DNA of 36,074 nucleotides from Catajapyx aquilonaris. Taxonomy: Eukaryota. Below the pieces are notes generated by a model. That model made no database searches and was not told the DNA's origin. It was given only the letters and a program-made list of their open reading frames with translations. The DNA lies in the NCBI GenBank assembly GCA_000934665.2, contig KZ539391.1:1-36074 (forward strand), written 5' to 3'. Numbering within the stretch: position 1 is the first letter of the stretch; every line of letters begins with the position of its first letter. The translations under genes were made by a program, and so were the position numbers. Shown here piece by piece: positions 1 through 9,532 of the stretch.

Positions 1-39
1 CCCCCCCCTTCCTGTCCACGTAATTTATGGACGACCCCT
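1..39. mobile_element. Terminus of a non-autonomous DNA transposon (GGGGTCGTCCATAAATTACGT-type TIR), truncated by the window edge
   Basis: Reverse complement reads AGGGGTCGTCCATAAATTACGTGGACAGG and the end is followed by TA. A related terminus (GGGGCCGTCCATAA) occurs at 12775. The partner TIR is not in the window. Confidence 0.45.
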
Positions 40-333
40 TATCCTCTTTACCTGGTGTCAAATCTATGTTTCTTATTTACGAACTGTTATTATTTATTTA
101 CTTACTTAATATTTATAAATTACTTTAATTTTTAACTTTAATGTAGGCCTATTAAGTGCATTTTGTATATTTTATTTTTCTTCACTATTATTTATAGCAT
201 GGCAGATTTTTACTATCATGATAGTTCCATCACGCTCTACTAACATGTCTATCACAGGAGTTTTAATTAAAGCCATGTCATTAAACAAGAAGTTGTTTTA
301 TTTCCTCCTCTTCTGTAATGTTATGTCCCTCCA

Positions 334-490
334 CAAGGGGGGTAACAACTTCCATTGATGGTGTACCCCAGCTACTAGTTACTTTCGGTTACAACTGGTT
401 ACTGATGGGTAACCAGTTGGTTGCTAGCTGGTTACTTACCGTTTACTCACCGAGAGTGTACACTGGTTACCAGGAGTTGTTAGCCCCTTG
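334..490. mobile_element. MITE, hAT/P-like, in an intron of the YqaJ gene
   Basis: Imperfect TIRs CAAGGGGGGTAACAACT / AGTTGTTAGCCCCTTG. Flanking 8-bp duplication TCCCTCCA (326-333) / TCCCTCCC (491-498). Internal GGTTAC/GTAACC subrepeats. Confidence 0.65.
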
Positions 491-516
491 TCCCTCCCCT
501 TGACATTTAATTACAG

Positions 517-678
517 ATTGAGAGCTTATGATGCAAATGACAACTTTCGCCTGGAATTGGCTCTTGAAGAGGCACGGCCAGAGTTCCCAGTTCCTTCCGA
601 TGAGCACTTCAGAGACATTAATGCAAATACATCTCTCCCGCACATCACACGGATGCACATACAACTTTTCTTGCAGAA
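517..678 (+). CDS. Upstream internal coding exon of the YqaJ nuclease gene
   Basis: Acceptor TTACAG|A at 516/517 and donor AA|GTGAGT at 678/679. Phase 2 joins in frame to acceptor CTTCAG|G at 766/767 (..FLQ-K-YSKKSD-MAEAMY). Starts (R)LRAYDANDNF. Confidence 0.75.
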
Positions 679-766
679 GTGAGTACAGTATGTTGTATGT
701 GACTTAGCCTACATCTATAGCTGAAAGGAAAGATCACTGGGTCAAAACTACTTTTGCCTGCTTCAG

Positions 767-2048
767 GTATTCCAAGAAGTCAGACATGGCCGAAGCTATG
801 TACCAGAGTCAGTTCCTAGGATATGTACGGAATTGCAAAACACGTGAAGGTGATCATTACTTCAAAGGCCTTGTTCATGCACAAATGTACAAGAGAGTGA
901 GTTACATTGTTCATTTGAAAGTAGCATTGGATGGACAAATATCAGGGGCTCATTGCGAATGTGCAGCAGGGGCTGGAGGTTCCGCCCATTGCAAACACAT
1001 AACTGTTGTGTTATATGGAATCGAGCACATGGTGCGTGAAGGCAGAATCATCACTAGACAAGCTTGCACTCAACAACTGCAGACATTCCACAGGCCCAAA
1101 ACAACCTATCAGGGAACACCTTTGAAAGCATATACCCTTAGGTACTCCAAGCAACAAAACCCATCTCAGTTCGACCCCAGACCATTGAAGTTTCGAGGTG
1201 CATCTGTTGACTATCACCTTCATAACCTGTGCGCACCTTTCCACTGTGCCACACCCATGCCATTCAAACATCTGTGCCCGCCAGCAAATCCTTACGGTGT
1301 TGAGCTGGACCATGACTACCTGAAGATGAATGCACAGGACAGGTTCCTTGTATCTGTGCATTTATTGAATGTAACAGAAGACGACATCCTGCAAATAGAA
1401 AAGAACACTAGAGGACAGTCTGCTTGCCCCCAGTGGCACATGTACAGGCGAATGAGAATCACTGCAAGTCATTTTGAAGAGTGCTGCAACGTGAAGAGTG
1501 ACGCAGCAGCCAGGGCTCTGTCTGCAAGACTCCTTAATCCTAAGGTAATACGAAGTGACGCCCTTCATCATGGTATTTTGTATGAGTCAGTGGCTGTTGA
1601 CCAATTCATGCAGCAATATCAAGGGCTACTGGTGGCAGAAGAATGTGGCCTCTACATATCAAAAACCAGGCCTTATTTGGGAGCATCACCAGACCGGAAG
1701 CTTGCAATGCTAACACTGCTTGAGGTGAAATGTCCTTACGTTTCGAGAGAGAGGCCCATAAACTCTGCAACTGTCCCATATCTGTATACTGATCACAATG
1801 GACATCTAGCACTGAAGCCTGACCACCCCTACATGTACCAGATACAGGGGCAGCTGGAACTAACAGGGAGGGAATTTTGCGACCTTATTGTGTTCACCTT
1901 TGTAGACATGAAAGTCATATCTATAAGAAAAGATGCTGATTTTATCAGGGCAATGTTCATGAAGCTGGATCATTTTTATAAAGAGTACTTTCTTCCAGCT
2001 CTCATGGACAAGTACTATTACAGGTATTATGCAGATTTTAATTTTTGA
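767..2048 (+). CDS. SWIM zinc finger + YqaJ/lambda-exonuclease-like (PD-(D/E)xK) protein, last exon
   Basis: SWIM motif CECAAGAGGSAHCKH. YqaJ motifs TRGQS..W...R..RITAS, HG..YE, CGL....PYLGASPD, LEVKCPY and YxQIQGQL..TG...CDL. Confidence 0.92.
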
Positions 2049-2264
2049 CTTGGCAACCTACTTCTACAATGTGTTACTGATTACTTCCATGCCGAAGTGC
2101 GTAAACATGTGATTGATATGCTGGTTATTAAGTACCTATGTGATATTCGGATGTTTGTGCTTATTGCACTGTGCTTCTTGTAGCACTTAGTCATTCCCTC
2201 TTTTATTAGTGTGTTAAGTTGTCTCAGACTAAATTATTTACACTGGCTTTTTGGTAGCTTTGGG

Positions 2265-2418
2265 TTTTAGGTGGCCTCCTCCTCCACTGGGCTGAATTCT
2301 CCACAGGACTTTGCAGATGGCCAGGTTGAAGAGTATGCAGGACAATAGGTTGCCCTGGCAGATGTCGTTGTGTATGGAAATGGGGGTTGGTAGGTCCATT
2401 GGTCTTGTTGGCTCATCA
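2265..2418 (-). pseudogene. Fragment of a non-LTR retrotransposon reverse transcriptase
   Basis: Minus strand translates to PISIHNDICQGNLLSCILFNLAICKVLWRI, matching the LINE RT motif G(V/I)RQGxxLSxxLFNL. Confidence 0.65.
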
Positions 2419-2803
2419 AAAAGTCACCCAGCCTTACTTGGTATATTGTGCATTAAGTGGAATTAAGTATGAATTATATAGCATTAACTGTTAATAACCG
2501 TCCAAAGAGTGTTCACTAGTTCAGCTTTTTAGACAATAATTTTGTAGTTGTTAAGGTTTGAAGTGCCTAAAGAATGGTTCCTATGCTGAGTTTTAACATG
2601 TACTGGTACTCTCCAGTTTGTTTATAAGTGGTATGGTTTTTTTTTCTAATTGTAACTGTCTTGCTGTGAATTTTGGACAGAGGTAAATGACAGGAACAAT
2701 ATACAGGTTTTAAAAACAAAAGGCCTTTTATTTTATCTAAAACATATTTTTAGCACTGTGTAAATTCTTCTTACTTCTTCAGTTACAATGCAACAGATTT
2801 AAC

Positions 2804-4170
2804 TTATGCATGGGATCCTACAACACCTTCACGAAAGTTACACAGGATACAGCATATAAAAAATATTTCAGAACCAAGTGGAACATAACGAGCAGGAAGT
2901 TCCAATTTGAGTATTTTGTACGTCTTGGTCAATCCAATTATCCTTTCAATATGAACTCTTTTACTAGCCAATTTTCTATCTTTCAATATGGTGAGACCAG
3001 GCAGCTGTGTCTTTCCCTTCAAAAATGCGGGTATGTTAACAATGACATTACTATGTGCAAAAATATCTTGCACAGTGAAGCCCCTGTCTGCCATCACAGA
3101 ATCACAAGGATCACACATCTTAGGCAGATCACTTCGTTCAACAATTGCACGATCACTGACAGAGCCTGCGTAAGATGGTGATATGTATGAAATGAGCCCT
3201 CCTGGTGTCGCCCCTACCAGATTTTTTAGTGTGGTCCTATTTTTGTACGTACTGAAGGTAGCTTGCTGGAACATGGGATTTTTGGGGCTTTCGATTGGAA
3301 CTTCAGTTCCGTCCAGAATGACTCGTGTGCTCGGATACATTCGCCTGAAACCTTCCGGCATATAGTACATGACAAGGTCTTTACTTGGCCAGAGACTTAT
3401 ATTAGACCATTCATGGTGCATAAAATTTAACCATGTAACCACAATGTTTTGCACTGTTTTCTTGCTCACATCAAACATCATTGCTAGGCCAAAATCAGTT
3501 ACTGCTCTCCTCAGTTTTATCAGTGTCATCAGGAACTGGTCCTCCACAGAAACATTGACAACATTACTGTAACGGTATATCAGCTCATAAGCTGCTGGTC
3601 CCAATGAATGCAAAACAAGCTTTAACTTCTCAAATGATTCAAAACCTGTATAATAAGATATGGCCATTGGCCTGTCCTTTAAATAGTCAAGACAAAAGGT
3701 AGTTTTAAAAATGGTTTGTGTTCCAGTAGAAGTCACATTAACATGTGAATTATTTTCTCTTTGAGTTTCGTTGGAAGGAGGACACTCACCAGCCTGGACC
3801 TTGGTCTGGACTATGTAATAATGATCATCCTGTTGAGATGGTTCTTCTGAAGGTCCAGTTGAATTGGTCGATATTTCCACTTCACCACACACATCCACAC
3901 AGAAATCAGAGGACTCAACAGAGCAAAAGTCCATGTTATCCAGGGATGGACAGTCGCTCACAGAATCTTGTTCTGGGGGTGGTTGACTCAGAGGGCCTGT
4001 GGTGATGACTTCAATGTGCTGACTTGATCTGGCCATCACCTGCTTCTGCTTTGCTCGCTCCCTCACTCTTTCTGCTCGTCCACCAACCAAAGAAAGATTC
4101 AACGGCTTTTTCCATGAGAAAACTGAAGGAACAGCCTCTTTTTTAAGGATTTTTTTCTGGAGAGTGTGAC
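2804..4170 (-). CDS. Transposase exon 2 (end of THAP domain, HTH, DDE_Tnp_4-like catalytic domain)
   Basis: Acceptor TTTTTCTCCTAG|GT at 4171/4170. AVPSVF THAP tail; HTH-like EDQFLMTLIKLR...LAMMFDVS..TV; catalytic motifs ILDGTE, YAGSVSD, MADRGF and RVHIERIIG. AATAAA on the minus strand at 2727-2732. Confidence 0.92.
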
Positions 4171-4356
4171 CTAGGAGAAAAATGCAGCAGATATGAGCCC
4201 CAAAATACAGGTTGGAGTGAATGGAGGTTAGGGCAACCTTCTCTTTTATACTGAATGACAAGCATTTCGACTAAATCTCGCTGAGCATTGTGGCTGACAC
4301 GGTTGTAAGTATACATTAATATTTAATTTATAAAATAATCCTGACGAAATACTCAC

Positions 4357-4545
4357 CTGTATCATATCCTTCCGTGCAGTAATCCTCTTCCAAAAAGTGA
4401 TCCCGGCACACCCGGGACGCTGATGTGCACACAAAATTCGCCCTTTTTATAGCTGCCAACCACTTTCCTTGGAGCACTTTATCCCTGGGGAATCGGTGCC
4501 CCCCCCCTTCTTACTGCACCCGTAGGCCACACACGTAGTCGGCAT
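4357..4545 (-). CDS. Transposase exon 1 (THAP zinc finger), frameshifted at a G9 homopolymer
   Basis: ATG at 4545 gives MPTTCVAYGCSKKGG; a shifted frame continues HRFPRDKVLQGKWLAAIKRANFVCTSASRVCRDHFLEEDY. Donor G|GTGAGT at 4357/4356 is phase 1 and matches exon 2. Confidence 0.88.
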
Positions 4546-4638
4546 TTTGTTTTAAAAAGTGTAAATGCGATGAGTGAGTGAATACAAAGCACACTGCCAG
4601 CAGCCATGTCCTTGGCTTACAGCCCCAAGCCACCTAGC

Positions 4639-4709
4639 GCTCCAGCGGCCAAAAGTGGCAGTCGCCACCCCAAATTGGGGTGGCGACTGCCACTTTTGGC
4701 CGCTGGAGC
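4639..4709. repeat. Perfect 71-bp palindrome (35-bp arms, 1-nt loop)
   Basis: GCTCCAGCGGCCAAAAGTGGCAGTCGCCACCCCAA-A-TTGGGGTGGCGACTGCCACTTTTGGCCGCTGGAGC. Confidence 0.95.
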
Positions 4710-4886
4710 AGTTGAATCAAAGATGGCCGACCACTTTTAGAACAGTCATTCCGACCCGTCCTCGTTCTCTTCAGTTGTTGGGCTCTCTTTCCCCTCACTC
4801 GGACTGGTGTGGACGCAGCAGAAGGGTGAGTTGCCCTTCTAGGTACATGATCACATGACACCTGCAGTATTTGTGTTGGCAGGACC

Positions 4887-5132
4887 ATGTCACTGGTGCA
4901 GAGGATAAAGAAGGAGGAAGTGGAGGAAGATGGGGACATAACGGTGGATGAGGAGAGCTGGAAGTTGGCCTTGAAGGAGGAGAGTCCCTCTTGCTTCGAA
5001 GGGGATTCGACTCAATTCATACGAGACACTCTACGTGAGATCAAGGAAGAACCACCAGAGGAGGAGGAGGAGATGGTGGTGGACATGCCCAGGGTGGACG
5101 AGGATGACCCTTTAGGAGGGGGATCTGGAGAG
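4887..5132 (+). CDS. C2H2 zinc-finger gene, first coding exon (acidic IKEE-type N-terminus)
   Basis: Preceded by a short 5'-UTR intron (donor GTGAGT at ~4826, acceptor GGCAG at 4882). ATG at 4887; phase-0 donor GAG|GTGCGT at 5132/5133. Confidence 0.8.
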
Positions 5133-5439
5133 GTGCGTAATGTGGTGAAAATGTGATGTAATTATTTTGCACTGATGTGACACAGAATGACCAGTACAAA
5201 TTAATCACCCAGACATAGAAGATGCTTTGGAAATAATTTTCACAATCCTCAACCACATGGTGATGTACTAGAGTAAATGGTTCCCTTTGCAAAACCCTTA
5301 TGATATGTTGTACTAGTATCACAATGTGATCAAATAGTGACACTTTTGTATGAAGAGGAAATTAATAGTAATAATAAAAATAATCATCATCATCCAAGGA
5401 CAATTATGATATTCCATCAACATTGTTCAATCTCTCTGG

Positions 5440-5807
5440 TCCAGCAGCAAACCCAGTTTAAAATATCTGCATAATAGGTGGATGCATTGAGTTTACGGCG
5501 ATGATTTAATTTACTATTGTTGGACAAGGGCATTTCTATGGGAATGCAAATTGATATATTGTTATTGATGTTGATGTAAGTTAATTGTTGAGGCCCGAGT
5601 AGTGAGAAGAATTGGGAATATGCGTGTTGTGGGACTTAGGTTCGTTTTCGGGAGCTGAAACTTGCGGCATTAAATTCCTTGAAAAATGTAACCCCCTATC
5701 TGCTAATTTAAGGTGGTGTAGGGGCCTTGCCTTGGATTTCTATAAGGGACAAACAAACCAACTCGCAAACAAACTCACAAACAAATGAACTAAAATATTG
5801 ATATAGA
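5440..5807 (-). mobile_element. Non-autonomous Helitron-like repeat, copy 1
   Basis: Minus strand starts A|TCTATAT...TTTGTTTGTGAGTTTGTTTG...TCCCTTATAG (TC start plus GTTT microsatellite). Homologous, in inverted orientation, to 11966-12580. The 3' end is approximate. Confidence 0.6.
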
Positions 5808-5889
5808 TGCAAACATAAATGAAATAACTTATATGAAGTGTATTTCATTCTTGCACACCCCTACCTGTACCACTTCCTAGTCAATATTA

Positions 5890-6077
5890 AGGTGCATTTA
5901 CATGTGAGTGATTTGACGAGCGAAGTCGTCACCAAGCGAAGTAACCAATATTGTTTGAGGGGAAGTACTTAACAATCGGTTTTCGCCTCCAACAATACTG
6001 GTTACTCAGGCTACTCAGCATTGTTGTCACTCAGCCATGACATCGCGCGATCAAGTCGCTCACATGTAAACGCTGCT
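5890..6077. mobile_element. PIF/Harbinger-like MITE
   Basis: Imperfect TIRs AGGTGCATTTACATGTGAGTGATTTGA / TCAAGTCGCTCACATGTAAACGCTGCT, flanked by TTA on both sides. Confidence 0.65.
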
Positions 6078-6493
6078 TTAAATCTGCTTGAATTATTGCT
6101 CAAATTATGGCATTCCTGCATACTACGAGGGGTGTTTGATAAGTAGTGAGCCTACCTGTGAAGGAGTTGTCCCAGGCGAATGGGACTTTTAACATTCCTC
6201 TATGTAACCCTCCTGGAGTATGATGTACTCCTCCCAAACAGTGGTCCAGCTTTGCACCCCTTCTCAAAAAAAAGATGCCTTTAGTCATCACACAATTCAC
6301 AGACACCACGCATGATGCCATCATCACTGATGAAACCAAAGTTGAAATGCTCTTCATTCAGGTGGCGTTTGAGTGTTGGGAACAGGTGATTGTCAGATTG
6401 GTGACAAATTGGTGGCTGGCACCATCTGACTAAGAGTTGACTGGTATTACCTGGCAATAGCAATATAGCAGGGAGCGAACGGGGTTAATAGTA

Positions 6494-6907
6494 CAGTTGA
6501 ATCCGGATACAACAAACTTCAAGAGACTGCGGAAAAAGTCTGTTATAGCCGAATCGTCACGCAACGTAAACATAAATTTCTGCTTTCAATATGGCTGTAC
6601 TATGCACTACTAGACTACATACCGATTAATGAAATCTGTCACAAATGCAATATTGGCTCACCCGAAAATTATGCAGGATCAAAATATCCGAAATTTCCTT
6701 CTGCCGTCTCCTTTTTGCACATTTTATACCTGGAAAACAATATTTTCCCACCGAGGGTCCAAGAAATGGTCTGTTATACCCGAGGTGAGGTGAAAATGAG
6801 TCTGTTATATCAGGAGTGTAAATACACAGTGCCTAATGGAAGCATGCGGGGACAGCCTTTATAACCAAGTCTGTTATAGCCGAGGCTGTTATATCCGGAT
6901 TCAACTG
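6494..6907. mobile_element. Tc1/mariner (pogo/Tigger-like) MITE
   Basis: TA|CAGTTGAATCCGGATACAAC ... GTTATATCCGGATTCAACTG|TA, with repeated internal TCTGTTATA motifs. Confidence 0.85.
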
Positions 6908-7764
6908 TAAATCTGTAATAAGTACAATGCCAGGACAATGCGTTCACACCAGCGGCAGGGTAACATTTCGCTAATAACAATATGGCTAGTTGGTAAACAA
7001 GAATTGTCGTTTCTAGGTGATGGCATTATGAACAAATGAATTGATGACAGAAAAATACGAGGTATAAGAATCACAACTCCAATCCTGCAGCAGGTGGAAC
7101 TGTGAGATTTTGAACATAGATCCGCACCGTCCCACTGCACCTTCGGCCCTTTGATGAGGAAACCGTATTCCGAATAGTTATTGAGCAAAAAAATGAAAAC
7201 GTATTTTTTAGTGGGTTTAAATTTTTTGCGGCGTTTTGAAGAGGAATTAAGTAAAAGTGTAAATGGTAGGAAATCAATTCACGATGGTGGGGATCTGTGT
7301 TCAAAATTTGGAAGCTCTACCTTCAGCAGAACTTGAGTTAGGGCGAATTTTAAAAAAACGTAACAAGAAGAAGTAGGAAAAAGTCATCTTTGAAATCTAT
7401 GCTACGGTCTTACTTAAGGGCTCCCGCCCTTAAAATATATGACTTCTCAGGAAATTTGGGAATATTTTCAAAAATATTCACATGCTATGATAATGAATGT
7501 AAAAATAAAATTGCCATTTCTGACCTGGATACCACAGAGTTCATTATTGCTGCCATTCCAACATTTCTTGTAGCTATACTGAATTTGTGATTGTATGCAA
7601 TGTGTGGATACATAGAGTGATTAGACAACTTTATGCCCCCTGCGTTTAATAAACGGGACCTTACAAATGACGGTAGCAGGTGGAATCCTGCACACTATTA
7701 TAGTACGCGTATATGTAGCCTAAGCTACAAAATAGAAATTGATATGCTCTTATTGACATTGCAG

Positions 7765-8529
7765 GTCGTGCAAATGCGAATTGAAGATGGAGTGGAAAAG
7801 AAGGAGATCCAGAAAGCTTCAATTCAGTTGAAAACTCGCAGGCGAATTCACACTGGACAAAAACAATTCATTTGCAACGTGTGCCAGGAATTTTTTTCTG
7901 CTGCAAATAGTTTGAAAACTCACATGCGAATTCATACAGGAGAGAAACCATTTGTTTGTGAGGTGTGCCAGAAAACTTTTTGTCAAGCAAGTACTTTGAA
8001 AAATCACGAGCGAACTCATACAGCAGAGAAACCATTTATTTGTGAGGTGTGCAGGAAGAAATTTCGTCAATCAAGTCATCTGACAATTCACATGCGAATT
8101 CATACAGGAGAAAAACCATTTACTTGCGAGGTGTGCCAGAAGAAATTTCGTGTATCGGGTAGTTTGAAAAGTCACATGCGAATTCACACAGGAGAGAAAC
8201 CATTTACTTGCGAGGTGTGCCAGAAGAAATTTCGTCACTCGAGTAATTTGAAAAGTCACAAGCTAAATCATGCAGCAGAGATACCATTTATTTGTGAGGT
8301 ATGCAAGAAGAAATTTCTTTATTCAATAACTTCGAAAATTCACATGCGAATTCATACAGGAGAAAAACCATTTACTTGCGAGGTGTGCCAGAAGAAATTT
8401 CGTGTATCAGGTGATTTGAAAATTCACATGCGAATTCACACAGGAGAGAAACCATATATTTGCGAGGTGTGCCAGAAAAGATTTTACCGTTCAAGTCATT
8501 TGAAATCTCACATGCGAATTCACAAATGA
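7765..8529 (+). CDS. C2H2 zinc-finger gene, last exon with 8 tandem fingers (spliced product about 336 aa)
   Basis: Acceptor TTGCAG|GTC at 7764/7765, phase 0 and in frame with exon 4887-5132. Eight CxxC-x12-HxxxH fingers with TGEKP-type linkers. Confidence 0.92.
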   Translation, partial: VVQMRIEDGVEKKEIQKASIQLKTRRRIHTGQKQFICNVCQEFFSAANSLKTHMRIHTGEKPFVCEVCQKTFCQASTLKNHERTHTAEKPFICEVCRKKFRQSSHLTIHMRIHTGEKPFTCEVCQKKFRVSGSLKSHMRIHTGEKPFTCEVCQKKFRHSSNLKSHKLNHAAEIPFICEVCKKKFLYSITSKIHMRIHTGEKPFTCEVCQKKFRVSGDLKIHMRIHTGEKPYICEVCQKRFYRSSHLKSHMRIHK

Positions 8530-9105
8530 GATTGACCATGTCATTGTGACGTGCACCAGAACAAATTTCGTGATTCAAGCGATTTTGAAACTAACATGCT
8601 ATAAGAATATTATAATACCAAAGTAGTATTCGGCATGTTTGTGTAAGGCGTCTCATTGGCCATCGTATTTAGTGCGAAGCTTCTGATTGGCCCCCGTTCT
8701 GTGCTGGTGCAATAGGGGGAGGGATTATTTATTTGATTGATGACTGTTGGCGAGTAAACATATCTCGGGCCATCTCTTGGTATGGGAAAAACGGCTGGTC
8801 AGTAGGTAGATCATATTAGTTCTTTTGATAATAATATTGTAATATGCCATGACTGTGTGTTAAGTCTTCGAGGTTTGGCTTGGATAAGGTTTTGTAAGGA
8901 AATTTGTGCCTAAATAAAGAGTAAAGGAGCCTGCATTGTAATGTTAACCACATAAACTGCTTTAACTGGAACTTCTCATGACTTTTTACATTTAAATCCA
9001 ACAATTTATGGTGTTCTCAAAACTGGATTTTGCCCCTCCTGCAGAATTTCAGGTTTGTCACTTTAAACCAGCCCTTTTCCAACACACATGTGAACACACA
9101 CTCTT

Positions 9106-9437
9106 GTCTTGACTAAGGCGTGGGGACGGACATTGATCACTTTTCACTGCGAGTGTTAACTGATCTAACCTAACCTAACCTAACCTAACCTTACCTAACC
9201 TATCCTACCTAACCTACCCTACCCTAAGTAACCTAGGCTGAGAAAAATGGACTTTTGTGAAAACCTACAAATGAAAATAGTGGGGACATGTCCCCACTAA
9301 TTTACACATGTCCCCACTGTAATGGTACACTTCGCGTGTGTGAGCCTGTGGGGACCGACAAATGTCCCCACAATTGGAAGTGGTCCCCACAGCTACAGTA
9401 AAACCACACACTTCTGTCCCCACACCTTAGTCAAGAC
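9106..9437. mobile_element. Inverted-repeat element carrying a (CCTAA)n tract
   Basis: Inverted repeats GTCTTGACTAAGGCGTGGGGAC / GTCCCCACACCTTAGTCAAGAC; degenerate CCTAA tandem array at ~9164-9235; several internal GTGGGGAC/GTCCCCAC motifs. Confidence 0.7.
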
Positions 9438-9532
9438 CTGATCACTTCATTTGGTTTTGTAGAGTACAAAACATATAATCTCTCATTTAAATTTTGTACA
9501 CAGAAAGGTTGCAGAACTGATTACATATTGAT

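Larger units (their letters stand above)
1..4747. mobile_element. ISL2EU-type DNA transposon (PIF/Harbinger-related); left end lies outside the window
   Basis: Convergent SWIM-YqaJ nuclease gene and THAP-HTH-DDE transposase gene, the two-gene layout known for ISL2EU. Candidate right end ...AACAGTC|AT at 4747, consistent with an AT target. The boundary is inferred because the partner TIR is not visible. Confidence 0.8.

Noticed and set aside
786..2048. Phage or bacterial contamination suggested by the YqaJ domain
   Set aside because: The gene has spliceosomal introns and is paired with a THAP transposase.
4171..4261. ORF-track N-terminus MSFSIKEK... of the transposase
   Set aside because: This is intron read-through; the real start is the THAP exon at 4545.
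4574..4939. Overlapping ORFs sharing LQRPKVAVATP
   Set aside because: Mirror translations of the 71-bp palindrome.
7633..7764. ORF-track N-terminus MPPAFNK... of the zinc-finger protein
   Set aside because: It lies upstream of a good acceptor at 7764 and is probably intronic.
7860..8529. CRISPR-like regularly spaced repeats
   Set aside because: The 84-bp period encodes C2H2 fingers and linkers.
9164..9235. True telomere
   Set aside because: Short, degenerate and internal to an inverted-repeat element.
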